The notes below the pieces were generated by a model that did no database searches, was not told the origin of the DNA, and was given only the letters and a program-made list of their open reading frames with translations. A stretch of DNA of 55,808 nucleotides from an uncultured delta proteobacterium (GTDB taxonomy: Bacteria > Myxococcota > Myxococcia > Myxococcales > Anaeromyxobacteraceae). Location of the stretch: assembly GCA_963814585.1 (NCBI GenBank), contig CAWFDF010000005.1, positions 1-55,808 on the forward strand, given 5' to 3'. Positions 22,936-35,799 of the stretch are shown in pieces (position 1 is the first letter of the stretch; every line of letters begins with the position of its first letter). The position numbers and the translations under genes were made by a program.

Positions 22936-23297
22936 GTGTCCAGCTCCAGCTCCCGCCGGAGCACGAGCAGCCGCTCGAACTTCCGAGCCTCGATGGCGCG
23001 CAGCCGGGCGGCCCGCACCAGCTCGCGAGCCGTGAAGCCGATGAGCACGGCGGCCACCAGCAGCGCCGCCAGGAACCACAGGGGCAGGCCCGGCGGCGCC
23101 GGTGGCCTGTTCGCCGGCAGCCAGCCCCAGCGATCCCACGCCAGCTTGGCGGTGAGGCCGGTCGCGATGAAGGAGAAGAACGCCAGCACGCCGCCGGCCT
23201 GCACGTGGTCGACCGATCGGCGGGTGCCGATCTCCTCGGCGATCCGGTCATGCTCGGCCCGCAGCGCCAGGCGGCGGTCCTGTTCCTGCGTCCCCAT
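22932..23297 (-). CDS. Small two-TM hypothetical protein
   Basis: Two hydrophobic helices; translationally coupled between thrC and tmk. Confidence 0.7.
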   Translation of the reverse strand: MGTQEQDRRLALRAEHDRIAEEIGTRRSVDHVQAGGVLAFFSFIATGLTAKLAWDRWGWLPANRPPAPPGLPLWFLAALLVAAVLIGFTARELVRAARLRAIEARKFERLLVLRRELELDT

Positions 23298-23300
23298 CGA

Positions 23301-24689
23301 TCAGCCTCTCGTGGCGCGCCCGTGGCGGGCGGCGATGGCGTCCTGCACGGCGCCGAGCGTTGCGGCGACCCTCACCGCCGGGTTCCGGAGCGGCGACTGG
23401 ATCCCCGGCAGCGTCCCGTCATGGTACCCGACCTTGAAGTCGGAGAACTTGAGCCCGTGCGCCGTGGAGATGACCACCACCCGCTCGCCCGGCTTGATCG
23501 CCCCCCGGCTGGCCAGCTTCTCCAGCGCCGCCAGCGCCACGCCGGTGTGCGGGCAGGTGAAGAGGCCAGCCCGATCGGCTCGCGCCGCGGCGTCGGCCAG
23601 CTCCTGCTCGCTGGCCTGCTCCACGATGCCGTCGAGCGCCTGGAGCGCCCGCAGGGCGCGTCCCGCCGAGACCGGGGCCCCGATCTGGATGGCGGAGGCC
23701 AGCGTCTTCCTGGCCGCCACCGAAGGCACCGGGATGCCGGGCACCGCCCGGACCCCGGCCCCCGTGGTGGCGAGGTAGAGCGGGTTGGCCTGCTCGGCCT
23801 GGGCCACCACCAGCCTCGGCAGCCGATCGACGAGCCCCAGCGCCTTCATCATGGTGAAGCCCTTGCCCACCGCGCTGGCATTCCCGAGGTTGCCCCCCGG
23901 GATCACCACCCAGTCCGGCGCCGTCCAGCCCAGCTGCTGCGCGATCTCGATCGAGGCGGTCTTCTGGCCCTCGATGCGCAGCGAGTTCATGGAGTTGGCG
24001 AGGTAGATGTCGGGCGTCTCGGAGAGCGACTGCACCACCTTCATGCAGCCGTCGAAGTCGGTGTCGAGCTCCAGCACCAGCGCGCCGTTGGCGATGGGCT
24101 GGACCAGCTGCGCCGTGGAGATCTTGCCACGCGGCAAGAGCACCACGCTGGGGATGCCGGCCGAGGCGCAGTACGCCGACAGCGCCGCCGAGGTGTCGCC
24201 GGTCGAGGCGCAGGCCACGGCCCGAATCGGCCTCCCGCGCGCCCGCATCTCCTGCACCGCCGAGACCAGCACGGTCATCCCCAGGTCCTTGAAGGAGCCG
24301 GTGTGGGTGACGCCGCACTCCTTGACCCAGACGTCGCCGAGCCCGATCTCCCGGGCATAGCGATCGATCCGCAGCAGCGGGCTGCCCCCCTCGAACATCG
24401 AGACCACGTTGGCGTCGTCCAGCTGCGGGTAGACCCACTCCTTCTTGCCCCACACCCCCGACCCGAACGGCCACGGCCCGAGCTTGAAGCGGCCGTCGAA
24501 GAGCGACCGCCACTCGGCGGCGCTGCGTCGGCCGAGCGCGGCGAGGTCGTGCTCCACCTCGAGCAGGCCCCCGCACCTCGAGCAGCGGTAGATCACGTCG
24601 GTGAGCGGGGCCTGGAAGTCGCAACCCTCGCCGCAGCGGTAGCTGGCGGTGAAGGGCGGCGTCGGGGAGCTGGGGTGAGGAGGGGTCAT
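23301..24689 (-). CDS. thrC: Threonine synthase (plant-like subgroup)
   Basis: HTGSFKDLG PLP lysine, CASTGDTSAA, NSMNSLRIEGQKT, PGGNLGN. Confidence 0.93.
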   Translation of the reverse strand: MTPPHPSSPTPPFTASYRCGEGCDFQAPLTDVIYRCSRCGGLLEVEHDLAALGRRSAAEWRSLFDGRFKLGPWPFGSGVWGKKEWVYPQLDDANVVSMFEGGSPLLRIDRYAREIGLGDVWVKECGVTHTGSFKDLGMTVLVSAVQEMRARGRPIRAVACASTGDTSAALSAYCASAGIPSVVLLPRGKISTAQLVQPIANGALVLELDTDFDGCMKVVQSLSETPDIYLANSMNSLRIEGQKTASIEIAQQLGWTAPDWVVIPGGNLGNASAVGKGFTMMKALGLVDRLPRLVVAQAEQANPLYLATTGAGVRAVPGIPVPSVAARKTLASAIQIGAPVSAGRALRALQALDGIVEQASEQELADAAARADRAGLFTCPHTGVALAALEKLASRGAIKPGERVVVISTAHGLKFSDFKVGYHDGTLPGIQSPLRNPAVRVAATLGAVQDAIAARHGRATRG

Positions 24690-24745
24690 GGGTGGGTGGG
24701 CACTGTGCGACGCGAGACGGCGGGTTTCAAGGGAGGTGGGTCCGG

Positions 24746-25282
24746 TCACTCGACCTGGTTGCGGGCCCCACAGGCAGGACAGGTCGGGCGGGTGATGGGC
24801 GTGCCGCAGGAGCAGAAGCGCGGACCGGCCTCGGTCCCGGGCGGTGCGGTCCTGCGGGCCAGGGGCAGCTGGATGCCGCATCGGCCGCAGATCCGCTCGC
24901 CGGGACCGGCCGGCGTCCGGCAGTACCGGCAGACCGGGAAGAGCGGCAGCTCGGTCCGTGGATCTCCCGAGGCGGCCGCGGCGGTCGGCTCCAGCCCGGG
25001 GACCAGCTCCGCCACCGCGTCCACCGGCCCGGCCAGGGTCGGCTCCAGCTCCGGGATCGGATCCGGCCGGGCAGCGCCGGCGCCCACCTGCAGCGTCGGC
25101 TCCAGCTCGGCCAGCATCTCCACCGTCCCGACCGACGCCCCATCGCCCATCCCGGTCGTCTCCAGCCCCTCGAGCGGTGCCACCGTCAGGTCGGCCCGCC
25201 CCGGGACCCCCGGGCCGTGGCCGCAGACCTCGCACTCGCTCCCCTCGACCCGTGGGCTCTCGCAGACCGGGCAGGTGCTCAC
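24746..25282 (-). CDS. Multi-zinc-ribbon protein with central (E/G)LE(P/T)T repeats
   Basis: CPVC, CEVC, CRYC, CGRC, CSC and CPAC motifs; GTG start overlaps the aminotransferase stop. Confidence 0.75.
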   Translation of the reverse strand: MSTCPVCESPRVEGSECEVCGHGPGVPGRADLTVAPLEGLETTGMGDGASVGTVEMLAELEPTLQVGAGAARPDPIPELEPTLAGPVDAVAELVPGLEPTAAAASGDPRTELPLFPVCRYCRTPAGPGERICGRCGIQLPLARRTAPPGTEAGPRFCSCGTPITRPTCPACGARNQVE

Positions 25283-26658
25283 CGGCCCTCCGCGGCTCGC
25301 CGGGTGAAGCGAGCGTGGAACTCGCCCATCCGGCGGACCACCTCCTCGATCCGGTCGAGCGGGGGCAGGATGGTGGTCCGCAGGTGCCAGGTGCCGGCCC
25401 GCTGGCCGAAGCCGGTGCCGTCGACCACGCAGATGCCGGTCTCCTCGAGCAGCGCCATGCAGTAGTCGGAGTCCGTCAGGCCCGCCGGCAGCGTGAGCTG
25501 CGGGAAGGCGTACATGGCGCCGGCCACCGGCTGGCAGCGGATCCCGGGCACGGCGTTCAGCCCGCGCTCCACGATCCCGGCCTTCTGCGCCAGCGGTTCG
25601 AGCACGCCCCGCCTCTCCCGGGACCAGAGCTCGTAGGAGGCGTCGCCGGGCTTCGGCGGCCGGACCTGGAGGAAGAGCACCACCTGCCCCGCGGTGTTGG
25701 CGCACAGGGCGACCGACTGGAGCTTGGCCAGCTCGGCCTGCACGTCGCCCGGGACGTGGCGACACTCGACGTACCCGCCGCGGTGCCCGCACTCGCCGAG
25801 ATAGCCCTTCGACGTCGAGTGGAAGCTGAAGAGCGACACGTCGCTCCAGCCGAGCCGCGCCAGCACCCGGGCGAAGGAGACGAACCGGGCCCCGGCCCGG
25901 TAGACGTTGTCCTGGTAGACCTCGTCGGCCAGCACCGCCAGGTCATGGGCCCGGGCGAACTCGAGGACCAGCTCGACGTTCCGCTCGTCCAGCACGGCGC
26001 CGGTCGGGTTGCCCGGGTTGATGACCACGATGGCGCGCGGCCGGACCCCCCTGGCCACGGCCGCCGCGTGGGAGGCCTCCAGGGTGGCCCGGGAGAAGCC
26101 CCAGTCGGCGGCCTCGTCCAGCTCGTAGGGCACGGCCGCCCCCTCGTAGAGCGCGATGGTGGCCGAGTAGAGCGGGTACTGCGGGATGGGGATGAGGATG
26201 CCGTCCGCCGGGCCGGAGATCAGCATCCGCAGCACCGACTGCACCGCCTTGCTGGCGCCGTCGGTGAGGTAGATGGACTCGGGATCGGACTCGAGGCCGT
26301 CGCGCTCGGCGATGAAGGCCGCCACGGCCTCGCGGACGAAGCGGAACCCCTTGCTCTCGGTGTAGACCCCGAGACCGTGCTGGCTCCGCGCCGCGATGTG
26401 ACGGGCCACCTCCACCACGTCGGCCGGGAAGGTCGCGGCCGGCACGCGCTCGAGCAGCGCCGGGTACTCGGCCAACGCCAGCACCTGGCGCACCCAGGTG
26501 AGCGGCCGCTGGCCGAGCGACTGCGGGTTGCCGATGTTGCAGTAGATGATCTCGCGGCCCGACCGCTCCAGCTCGGCGGCGCGGGCCACGATGGGCCCAC
26601 GCACGGCGTAGGCGGTGGAGCGAACCTGCGGAGAGACGTCTTCCAGCTTGAGCGCCAT
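25279..26658 (-). CDS. Alanine aminotransferase (class I/II PLP, eukaryotic ALT-like)
   Basis: YAVRGPIV, CNIGNPQSLGQ, INPGNPTG, ADEVYQDN and SFHSTSKGYLGECGHRGGY motifs. Confidence 0.88.
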   Translation of the reverse strand: MALKLEDVSPQVRSTAYAVRGPIVARAAELERSGREIIYCNIGNPQSLGQRPLTWVRQVLALAEYPALLERVPAATFPADVVEVARHIAARSQHGLGVYTESKGFRFVREAVAAFIAERDGLESDPESIYLTDGASKAVQSVLRMLISGPADGILIPIPQYPLYSATIALYEGAAVPYELDEAADWGFSRATLEASHAAAVARGVRPRAIVVINPGNPTGAVLDERNVELVLEFARAHDLAVLADEVYQDNVYRAGARFVSFARVLARLGWSDVSLFSFHSTSKGYLGECGHRGGYVECRHVPGDVQAELAKLQSVALCANTAGQVVLFLQVRPPKPGDASYELWSRERRGVLEPLAQKAGIVERGLNAVPGIRCQPVAGAMYAFPQLTLPAGLTDSDYCMALLEETGICVVDGTGFGQRAGTWHLRTTILPPLDRIEEVVRRMGEFHARFTRRAAEGR

Positions 26659-26743
26659 TCGGCGAGGCCTCCGGGCGGCGGCGCGCGAACGTGCGCCGGG
26701 CCAGGCAGTCTAGCAGATCCGCCAGGAGCGCAGCCCGCCGCCC

Positions 26744-29287
26744 CTACCCCACCTGCGCCAGGGAGAGGCGCCCCGCCCACCGCGTCGCCAGCGCCCTGGC
26801 CGCGGCCCGGTGCTCGGGCGCGCCCAGGTCCGGATCGGCCTCGACCAGGGCAAAGGCCTCCTCCCGCGCCTCGTCGAGGATGGCCTCGTCCCGGTAGAGA
26901 TCGGCCACCTCCAGCAGCGCCTGGCCCGACTGGCGGGTCCCCAGCAGCTCCCCGGGCCCCCGCAGCTTCAGGTCGACCCGGGCCAGCTCGAAGCCGTCCT
27001 GGATCCGGCAGAGGGCATCCAGCCGCTCCCGGGCGTCCGGCCCGGCCTGGCGCAGCTGGGCCAGCAGGAGGCAGTGGCTCCTCGCCGCGCCGCGCCCGAC
27101 CCGGCCGCGCAGCTGGTGGAGCTGCGAGAGCCCGAACCGCTCGGCGTGCTCCACCACCATCACCGTCGCGTTGGGCACGTCGACCCCCACCTCGATGACG
27201 GTGGTGGCCACCAGCACCTTGAGCGCCCCGCGGCGGAAGTCCCCCATCACGGACTGCTTCTCCTCGGCCTTCATCCGGCCGTGGATCAGCCCGACGGCAT
27301 GGGGCGCCAGGGCCCTGGCCAGCTTCTCGGCCCCGGTGGTCGCGTCGGCCAGATCGGTCTTCTCGGACTCCTCCACCAGCGGGTAGACGACGTAGGCCTG
27401 CCGCCCCGCCTCCAGCTCGGCCTTCACGGCGTCGAGGACCTTCTTCCGCTGCGACTCCCCGAAGAGCCGCGTCTCCACCGGCGTGCGCCCGGGCGGGAGC
27501 TCGGTGATCTTCGACTGGTCGAGGTCGCCGTAGAAGGCGAGCGCCAGCGTCCTCGGGATGGGCGTGGCGGTCATCACCAGCACGTCCGGGCGCACCCCCT
27601 TCCCGATGAGCGAGGCCCGCTGCAGCACCCCGAACCGGTGCTGCTCGTCCACCACCACCAGCCCGAGCCGCTGGAAGGCGACCGACTCCTCGAGCAGGGC
27701 GTGGGTCCCCACGGCGATGCGGGCGCGGCCGGTGCGGATCGCCTCGCGCGCCTCCCTCTGGACGCCGCCGCGGGCCAGCGCCCCGACCATCGCCACCTCG
27801 ATGCCGCTCCCCTCCAGCCAGCGGCCCAGCGTGCCGACGTGCTGCTGGGCCAGGATCTCCGTCGGCGCCATGATGGCCGCCTGCCACCCCGCCCGGACCG
27901 CCAGGAGCGCCGCGGCGAAGGCCACCGCCGTCTTGCCGCTGCCCACGTCCCCCTGGAGCAGGCGGTTCATCGGCTCCGGCCGCCCCATGTCGCGGGCGAT
28001 CTCGCCGAGCACCTGGCGCTGGGACCCGGTGAGCTGGAACGGCACCCTCGCCACCGCCGCCGCCACCGCGGCCGGCCCGACGTCGAAGGCGATGCCGGCC
28101 GCCACCTTCACGCCCCTCCGCCGCCGCGCCAGCGCCAGCTGGAGGAAGAAGAACTCCTCGAAGACCAGCCGTCGCCAGGCCGGCGTGGCCCTGGCCGCCG
28201 CGGCCGCCAGGTCGGTGCCCGGGCCAGGGAAATGGGCCTGGCGGAGCGCCTCCCCTCGCCCCAGCAGGGCGCGCCTTCGCAGGACCGGCGTCGGCAGGTC
28301 CTCCGGGGCCCGGGGCGCCAGCTCGTCACAGAGCCGCTTCATCACCTTGCGCAGCGCCGGGTGCTGCCAGCCGGCCGGGCCCGGGTAGATGGGGACGATG
28401 CGTGAGAAGCTGGCCGAGTCACCCGGCTGGTGTCGCTCCAGCTCGGGGTTGGTCATCTGCCGCCGTCCGCCGAATCCCTCGCTCACCTTGCCCCAGCAGA
28501 GCAGCGTATCGCCTGGCTTGACCTGCTTCTCCTTCCAGGGCGGGGCATTGAAGAACACCAGGCCCAGCGGGGCGGAGCCATCCGTGACCGACACCTCCAG
28601 CATGGCGCGGCCGCTGCGCATCCGCTTCTGCCGGACCGACCGCACGGTCGCCAGCACGATCCCCTCCTCGCCCACCGGGAGCTCGACGATGCGGCGGACC
28701 GTGCTCCGGTCCTGGTACAGGCGCGGCCAGAACTCCAGCGCCTGACCCACCGTGAGCCGCCCTCGCTCCTCGAGCAACGCCCTCGGCGCGGGATGGAGGC
28801 CGGGCAGGGAGACCAGCGCCGTCTCGAGGGTGACGGCCTCGTCCCAGGGCGGCGGCGCCGGCGGGGCCGCCGCCGGAGGCGACGCCAGGTCCGGTGACCT
28901 CGGTGGTGCCGGGGCGGGGCGCCCCGGACCCTCGGGGGCTGGCTTCACGGTCGAGAGCCGCGCGGCGTCGGTCACCTCCTGGGGCACCTCGACGAGCGCC
29001 GACAGGTACCCGGCCACCCGGACCAGCGCGGCGCGTCGAGCCTCGCCGACCAGCGCGTCGAACCGCTCGGCCTCGGAGAGCAGTCCGCGCAGCGGCCCGT
29101 CCAGGGGGGCTCCGAGCGCCCTGGCCCTGGCCACGGCCTCGCGCAACGTGCCCGAGAAGCCGGCCAGCCGCGCCGCCCCGGCGAAGCCGTCCCTGACGGC
29201 GAAGCGCACCGGCGGCACCAGCGCCTGGAGCGCGCTGGCTGCGTCGGCGGGGGACGAGAGGGTCTTCGGCCCGGCGCGGGGGTCCAC
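26744..29287 (-). CDS. recG: ATP-dependent DNA helicase RecG with N-terminal extension
   Basis: LLQGDVGSGKT, DEQHRFGV, TATPIPRTL, QLHQLRGRVGR and RGPGE motifs. Confidence 0.96.
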   Translation of the reverse strand: MDPRAGPKTLSSPADAASALQALVPPVRFAVRDGFAGAARLAGFSGTLREAVARARALGAPLDGPLRGLLSEAERFDALVGEARRAALVRVAGYLSALVEVPQEVTDAARLSTVKPAPEGPGRPAPAPPRSPDLASPPAAAPPAPPPWDEAVTLETALVSLPGLHPAPRALLEERGRLTVGQALEFWPRLYQDRSTVRRIVELPVGEEGIVLATVRSVRQKRMRSGRAMLEVSVTDGSAPLGLVFFNAPPWKEKQVKPGDTLLCWGKVSEGFGGRRQMTNPELERHQPGDSASFSRIVPIYPGPAGWQHPALRKVMKRLCDELAPRAPEDLPTPVLRRRALLGRGEALRQAHFPGPGTDLAAAAARATPAWRRLVFEEFFFLQLALARRRRGVKVAAGIAFDVGPAAVAAAVARVPFQLTGSQRQVLGEIARDMGRPEPMNRLLQGDVGSGKTAVAFAAALLAVRAGWQAAIMAPTEILAQQHVGTLGRWLEGSGIEVAMVGALARGGVQREAREAIRTGRARIAVGTHALLEESVAFQRLGLVVVDEQHRFGVLQRASLIGKGVRPDVLVMTATPIPRTLALAFYGDLDQSKITELPPGRTPVETRLFGESQRKKVLDAVKAELEAGRQAYVVYPLVEESEKTDLADATTGAEKLARALAPHAVGLIHGRMKAEEKQSVMGDFRRGALKVLVATTVIEVGVDVPNATVMVVEHAERFGLSQLHQLRGRVGRGAARSHCLLLAQLRQAGPDARERLDALCRIQDGFELARVDLKLRGPGELLGTRQSGQALLEVADLYRDEAILDEAREEAFALVEADPDLGAPEHRAAARALATRWAGRLSLAQVG

Positions 29288-29305
29288 GCCGGCGAGCCTA
29301 GCCCA

Positions 29306-29806
29306 TCACTCCGACTCCGAGACCTCGTCCTCGATGAACTCGATCTGCTGGATCTCGTACTCGCGCGCCCCGCCCGGCGTCTGGACCGTGACGGCGTCGC
29401 CCTCGAACCGGCCGATCAGGGCGCGCGCGATGGGGGAGGTGACCGAGATCTTCCCCTGCTTCAGGTTGGCCTCCAGCTCGCCGACGATCCGGTAGCGGAC
29501 CTCGTCGCCGGAACTGGAGTCCTCCAGCCTCACCGTGGCGCCGAAGACCACCCGGTCGCCGGCGTGCTTGGTGACGTCGATCACCTCGGCCGACGCGATC
29601 CAGTGCTCCACCTGGAGGATGCGCCCCTCCACGTGCGACTGCTTCTCCTTGGCGGCGTGGTACTCGGCGTTCTCGGAGAGATCCCCGTGGGCACGGGCCT
29701 CGGCGATCTCCCTCACGATCTTGGGGCGCTCGACGGCCTTGAGCCGCTTCAGCTCGTCCTTCAGCCGGATCAGCCCTGACTTGGTCATCGGCACGCGGTC
29801 AGACAT
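29306..29806 (-). CDS. greA: Transcription elongation factor GreA
   Basis: HGDLSENAEYHAAKE; ISVTSPIARALIG. Confidence 0.97.
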   Translation of the reverse strand: MSDRVPMTKSGLIRLKDELKRLKAVERPKIVREIAEARAHGDLSENAEYHAAKEKQSHVEGRILQVEHWIASAEVIDVTKHAGDRVVFGATVRLEDSSSGDEVRYRIVGELEANLKQGKISVTSPIARALIGRFEGDAVTVQTPGGAREYEIQQIEFIEDEVSESE

Positions 29807-29821
29807 CGCTCGACCTCCCCG

Positions 29822-29861
29822 AAAAATGCGGGCGGCCGTCCCGGGGAGACCGGGCGGCCGC
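29822..29861 (-). terminator. Hairpin plus U-tract in the greA leader / after carB
   Basis: Minus-strand GCGGCCGCCCGG-TCTCC-CCGGGACGGCCGC followed by CCGCATTTTT, directly before the greA RBS. Confidence 0.55.
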
Positions 29862-29874
29862 GCTCACCGTCCAA

Positions 29875-29899
29875 TTCCTAGAGAACCCGGAAGCTCCTG

Positions 29900-29903
<4 letters not shown>
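29875..29903 (-). promoter_or_regulatory. Sigma70-type promoter for greA overlapping the carB stop
   Basis: TTGACA-N17-TAGGAA on the minus strand. Confidence 0.6.
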
Positions 29904-33145
<3,242 letters not shown>

Positions 33146-33202
33146 GGGCGCGGAACCTAGCACGAAACACGCGCCCTTTTCCGCCCCGGCGCGGGGGGCC
33201 GA

Positions 33203-33655
33203 TCAGCCCCCCAGCTTCCCCGCGGCGTCCTTCTGGCGGGCCGCCTGGACCGCCTCCAGCATCCGCCGGACCTTGGGGAAACGCTCCGCCATGGCCGTCA
33301 TGACCGGCGCCGGGAAGGTGAGCACCGAGACCGACGTCCGCGCCACCAGCACCCCGGGACGCGGCTCCCCGAGCACCCGCCCCTCTCCGTAGATGGCGTT
33401 GCGCTCGAGCGAGCCCACCTCGACCGCCACGCCGTCCCGGGAGAGCATCACCGCCGCGGTGCCGTCGCGGACCAGGTAGAGCCGCTCGTCCTCGCTGTCG
33501 GCCGCGATCAGCTCGCCGGGCTGGTAGTCCTCGACCTGGGCGAGCTGCAGCAGGTCCCGCCGGGCCTCGTCGTCGAGGAGCCGGAAGAGGACGTTGGACT
33601 CCACGAAGGCGGTGGCGGCGAGATCGCCCCAGACCTCTCGCGGCTGGCTCGGCAT
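33203..33655 (-). CDS. Standalone cyclic-nucleotide-binding domain protein
   Basis: LFRLLDD..YQPGELI..LYLVRDG..YGEGRVLGEPR cNMP-binding pattern. Confidence 0.8.
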   Translation of the reverse strand: MPSQPREVWGDLAATAFVESNVLFRLLDDEARRDLLQLAQVEDYQPGELIAADSEDERLYLVRDGTAAVMLSRDGVAVEVGSLERNAIYGEGRVLGEPRPGVLVARTSVSVLTFPAPVMTAMAERFPKVRRMLEAVQAARQKDAAGKLGG

Positions 33656-33729
33656 GGTGAAAACGCTACCACGCCCGACCGGCCCGGTGTCGACCGGTGA
33701 ATCGGCTCCGGCCCCGGGGGGCTGCCGGC

Positions 33730-34212
33730 TCAGCGGATCGACTTCTTGCGAAGCTCGGCCGCGACGTGGGGAGGCACCAGCCCGGTCACGTCGCCGCCGA
33801 AGGTGGCCACCTCGCGGACCAGCCTGGAGGAGACGTAGAAGTAATCCTCGCCGGTCATCACGAAGACCGACTCGAACTCGGGCAGCAGCTTCCGGTTCAT
33901 GTTGGCCAGCTGGAACTCGTAGTCGAAGTCGGACACCGCCCTCAGGCCCCGCAGCACGGTGTGGATCCCCCGGCGGCGGGCGTACTCGACCAGCAGGCCG
34001 TCGAAGGTGTCCACCTCGACGCGCGGATCCCCCTTCGCCGCCTCGAGGATGAAGGACTCCCGCTCGGCCACCGTGAAGAGCGGTGACTTCTGCGGGTTGT
34101 TGGCGACCGCGACCACCAGCCGGTCGAACAGGTTGAGGCCGCGCTGGATGATGGCGACGTGGCCGTTGGTGAGGGGGTCGAAGCTGCCGGGGTAGATGGC
34201 GATGCGGGCCAT
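33730..34212 (-). CDS. coaD: Phosphopantetheine adenylyltransferase
   Basis: [25 protein letters not shown]. Confidence 0.97.
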   Translation of the reverse strand: MARIAIYPGSFDPLTNGHVAIIQRGLNLFDRLVVAVANNPQKSPLFTVAERESFILEAAKGDPRVEVDTFDGLLVEYARRRGIHTVLRGLRAVSDFDYEFQLANMNRKLLPEFESVFVMTGEDYFYVSSRLVREVATFGGDVTGLVPPHVAAELRKKSIR

Positions 34213-34230
34213 GGGTCCGCGGAGTATCGC

Positions 34231-34767
34231 TCACTCCCGGACGTAGATCGAGATCCCGGTCCCGCCGTACCGGCGCGTGTCGACCCGCGCCAGCGGACCG
34301 ACGCGCTCGGGAGGAGGCCGCTTCGAGTCGTGCTCCGCCACGGCCCGTCCGCCCGGGAGGAGCAGCGGCCCGGCCAGCGCCAGCCCGGCCTCCGGCCCCT
34401 CCCGGTAGGGCGGATCGACGAAGGCGAGCGCGAAGCCGGCCGGGATCCTCGCTACCTGGTCACCGGCCTTGCCGACGTGGATCTCGACACGATCCGTGAA
34501 GCCAAGGCCCTCGACGTTCCGGCGCAGCGTCTCGGCGGCCCGCCGGTCGGCCTCGACGCACACGGCGCGGGAGCAGCCCCGGGACAGCGCCTCGAGCGCC
34601 AGCGCCCCGGTGCCAGCGTAGAGGTCGAGCACCGCACCACCCTCGAAGAACTGGCCGAGCAGGTTGAAGACCGCGGCGCGGACCTTCTCGCTGGTGGGGC
34701 GGGTCGCCTGTCCCGCCGGGACCACCAGCCGCCGGCCCCTGGCGCTCCCGGCGACGATCCGGGTCAC
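34231..34767 (-). CDS. rsmD: 16S rRNA m2G966 methyltransferase
   Basis: RIVAGSARGRRL, TRPT, LDLYAGTGALALEALSRG and DPPY motifs; upstream of coaD. Confidence 0.93.
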   Translation of the reverse strand: MTRIVAGSARGRRLVVPAGQATRPTSEKVRAAVFNLLGQFFEGGAVLDLYAGTGALALEALSRGCSRAVCVEADRRAAETLRRNVEGLGFTDRVEIHVGKAGDQVARIPAGFALAFVDPPYREGPEAGLALAGPLLLPGGRAVAEHDSKRPPPERVGPLARVDTRRYGGTGISIYVRE

Positions 34768-35759
34768 GTCCCGGTCCCGCCCAGCGACTGCTGCAGGTGG
34801 CGCGTCACCAGCAGCGCGCTGCCCGTCGTCCCGAGGCGCTCGAGGAAGTCGAGCACCTCGCCGTAGGCCCGCGCCTCCAGCCGCGCCAGGTCGCCGCCGC
34901 CCAGCGCCGCCTCGGCCTGCGCCAGCGGCGCCGCGCGGCTCGTCTCCGCCCCCGCCATCCCGGCCACGTCGAGCGCCAGCAGGGCCACCTCGGCCGCGGC
35001 GCCTCCGTCGTCGCAACCGGCCACCGGTGAGCCCGCCAGGCTCCGCAGCAGCTCCGGCGTCACGGGTCCGCGCCGCAGCACGGGCGTGCCGGACAGGGCC
35101 GCACAGAGGGCGAGCAGCTCGCGGACCTGCCCCTGGACCGCCTCCCTGGTGGCCGGCGCGTCCAGCGACAGGCTGGCCACGTCGGGCCGCGCCTCGTTCC
35201 TGGACAGGTCTCCGAAGAGCACGCCAGCCTCCAGCGCCCCGCCGCGGGCCACCACGCAGTCGAGCCCCAGGCCGCTCTCCAGCGCCGGCGCCGCCACCCT
35301 GGCCAGCACCTCGGCCTGCTCCTCGGCCGGCACGGCGCCCAGGTCGACCGTGAGGTGCGTGAGGCCCGCGTCGGCGAGCGCCCACGCCTCCTTGAAGGCC
35401 GCCTCCACCTCGACATCGCCGGAGCCGGCCACCGCCACCTCGCCGGCCAGGAAGATCGGCAGTCCCGCGGCCACCTCGTCGGCCGCACGCACCACCGCCT
35501 CGAACCAGGGCTCGGGGGGCGATCCGGCCGGGAGCGCCAGGCCGAGGACGCTCAGCAGCTGCTTGGCCGCCACCAGCGCGGCGCGCGCCACGCCCGGCGT
35601 CGGCGCCCGGACCAGCGGGAGGGTGAGCCGTAGCACGGCGGCGGCCCGGATCAGGTCCTTGGAGGAGAGCGGACAGGCGGCGCTCCGCGGCTCCAGCCGC
35701 TCCACCACACGGGCCGGGCGAAAGGCGAGGGCGGGCGAGAGCACGTCCGATGATACCAT
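34764..35759 (-). CDS. Hypothetical alpha/beta protein, possibly a degenerate class II aldolase-like TIM barrel
   Basis: Coupled to rsmD; pattern resembles class II FBP aldolase but lacks the metal-binding His motifs. Confidence 0.5.
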   Translation of the reverse strand: MVSSDVLSPALAFRPARVVERLEPRSAACPLSSKDLIRAAAVLRLTLPLVRAPTPGVARAALVAAKQLLSVLGLALPAGSPPEPWFEAVVRAADEVAAGLPIFLAGEVAVAGSGDVEVEAAFKEAWALADAGLTHLTVDLGAVPAEEQAEVLARVAAPALESGLGLDCVVARGGALEAGVLFGDLSRNEARPDVASLSLDAPATREAVQGQVRELLALCAALSGTPVLRRGPVTPELLRSLAGSPVAGCDDGGAAAEVALLALDVAGMAGAETSRAAPLAQAEAALGGGDLARLEARAYGEVLDFLERLGTTGSALLVTRHLQQSLGGTGT

Positions 35760-35799
35760 GCTGGCCTGGCCGCCCCGCGGAGCGAGCCGGGGCGCGGCA

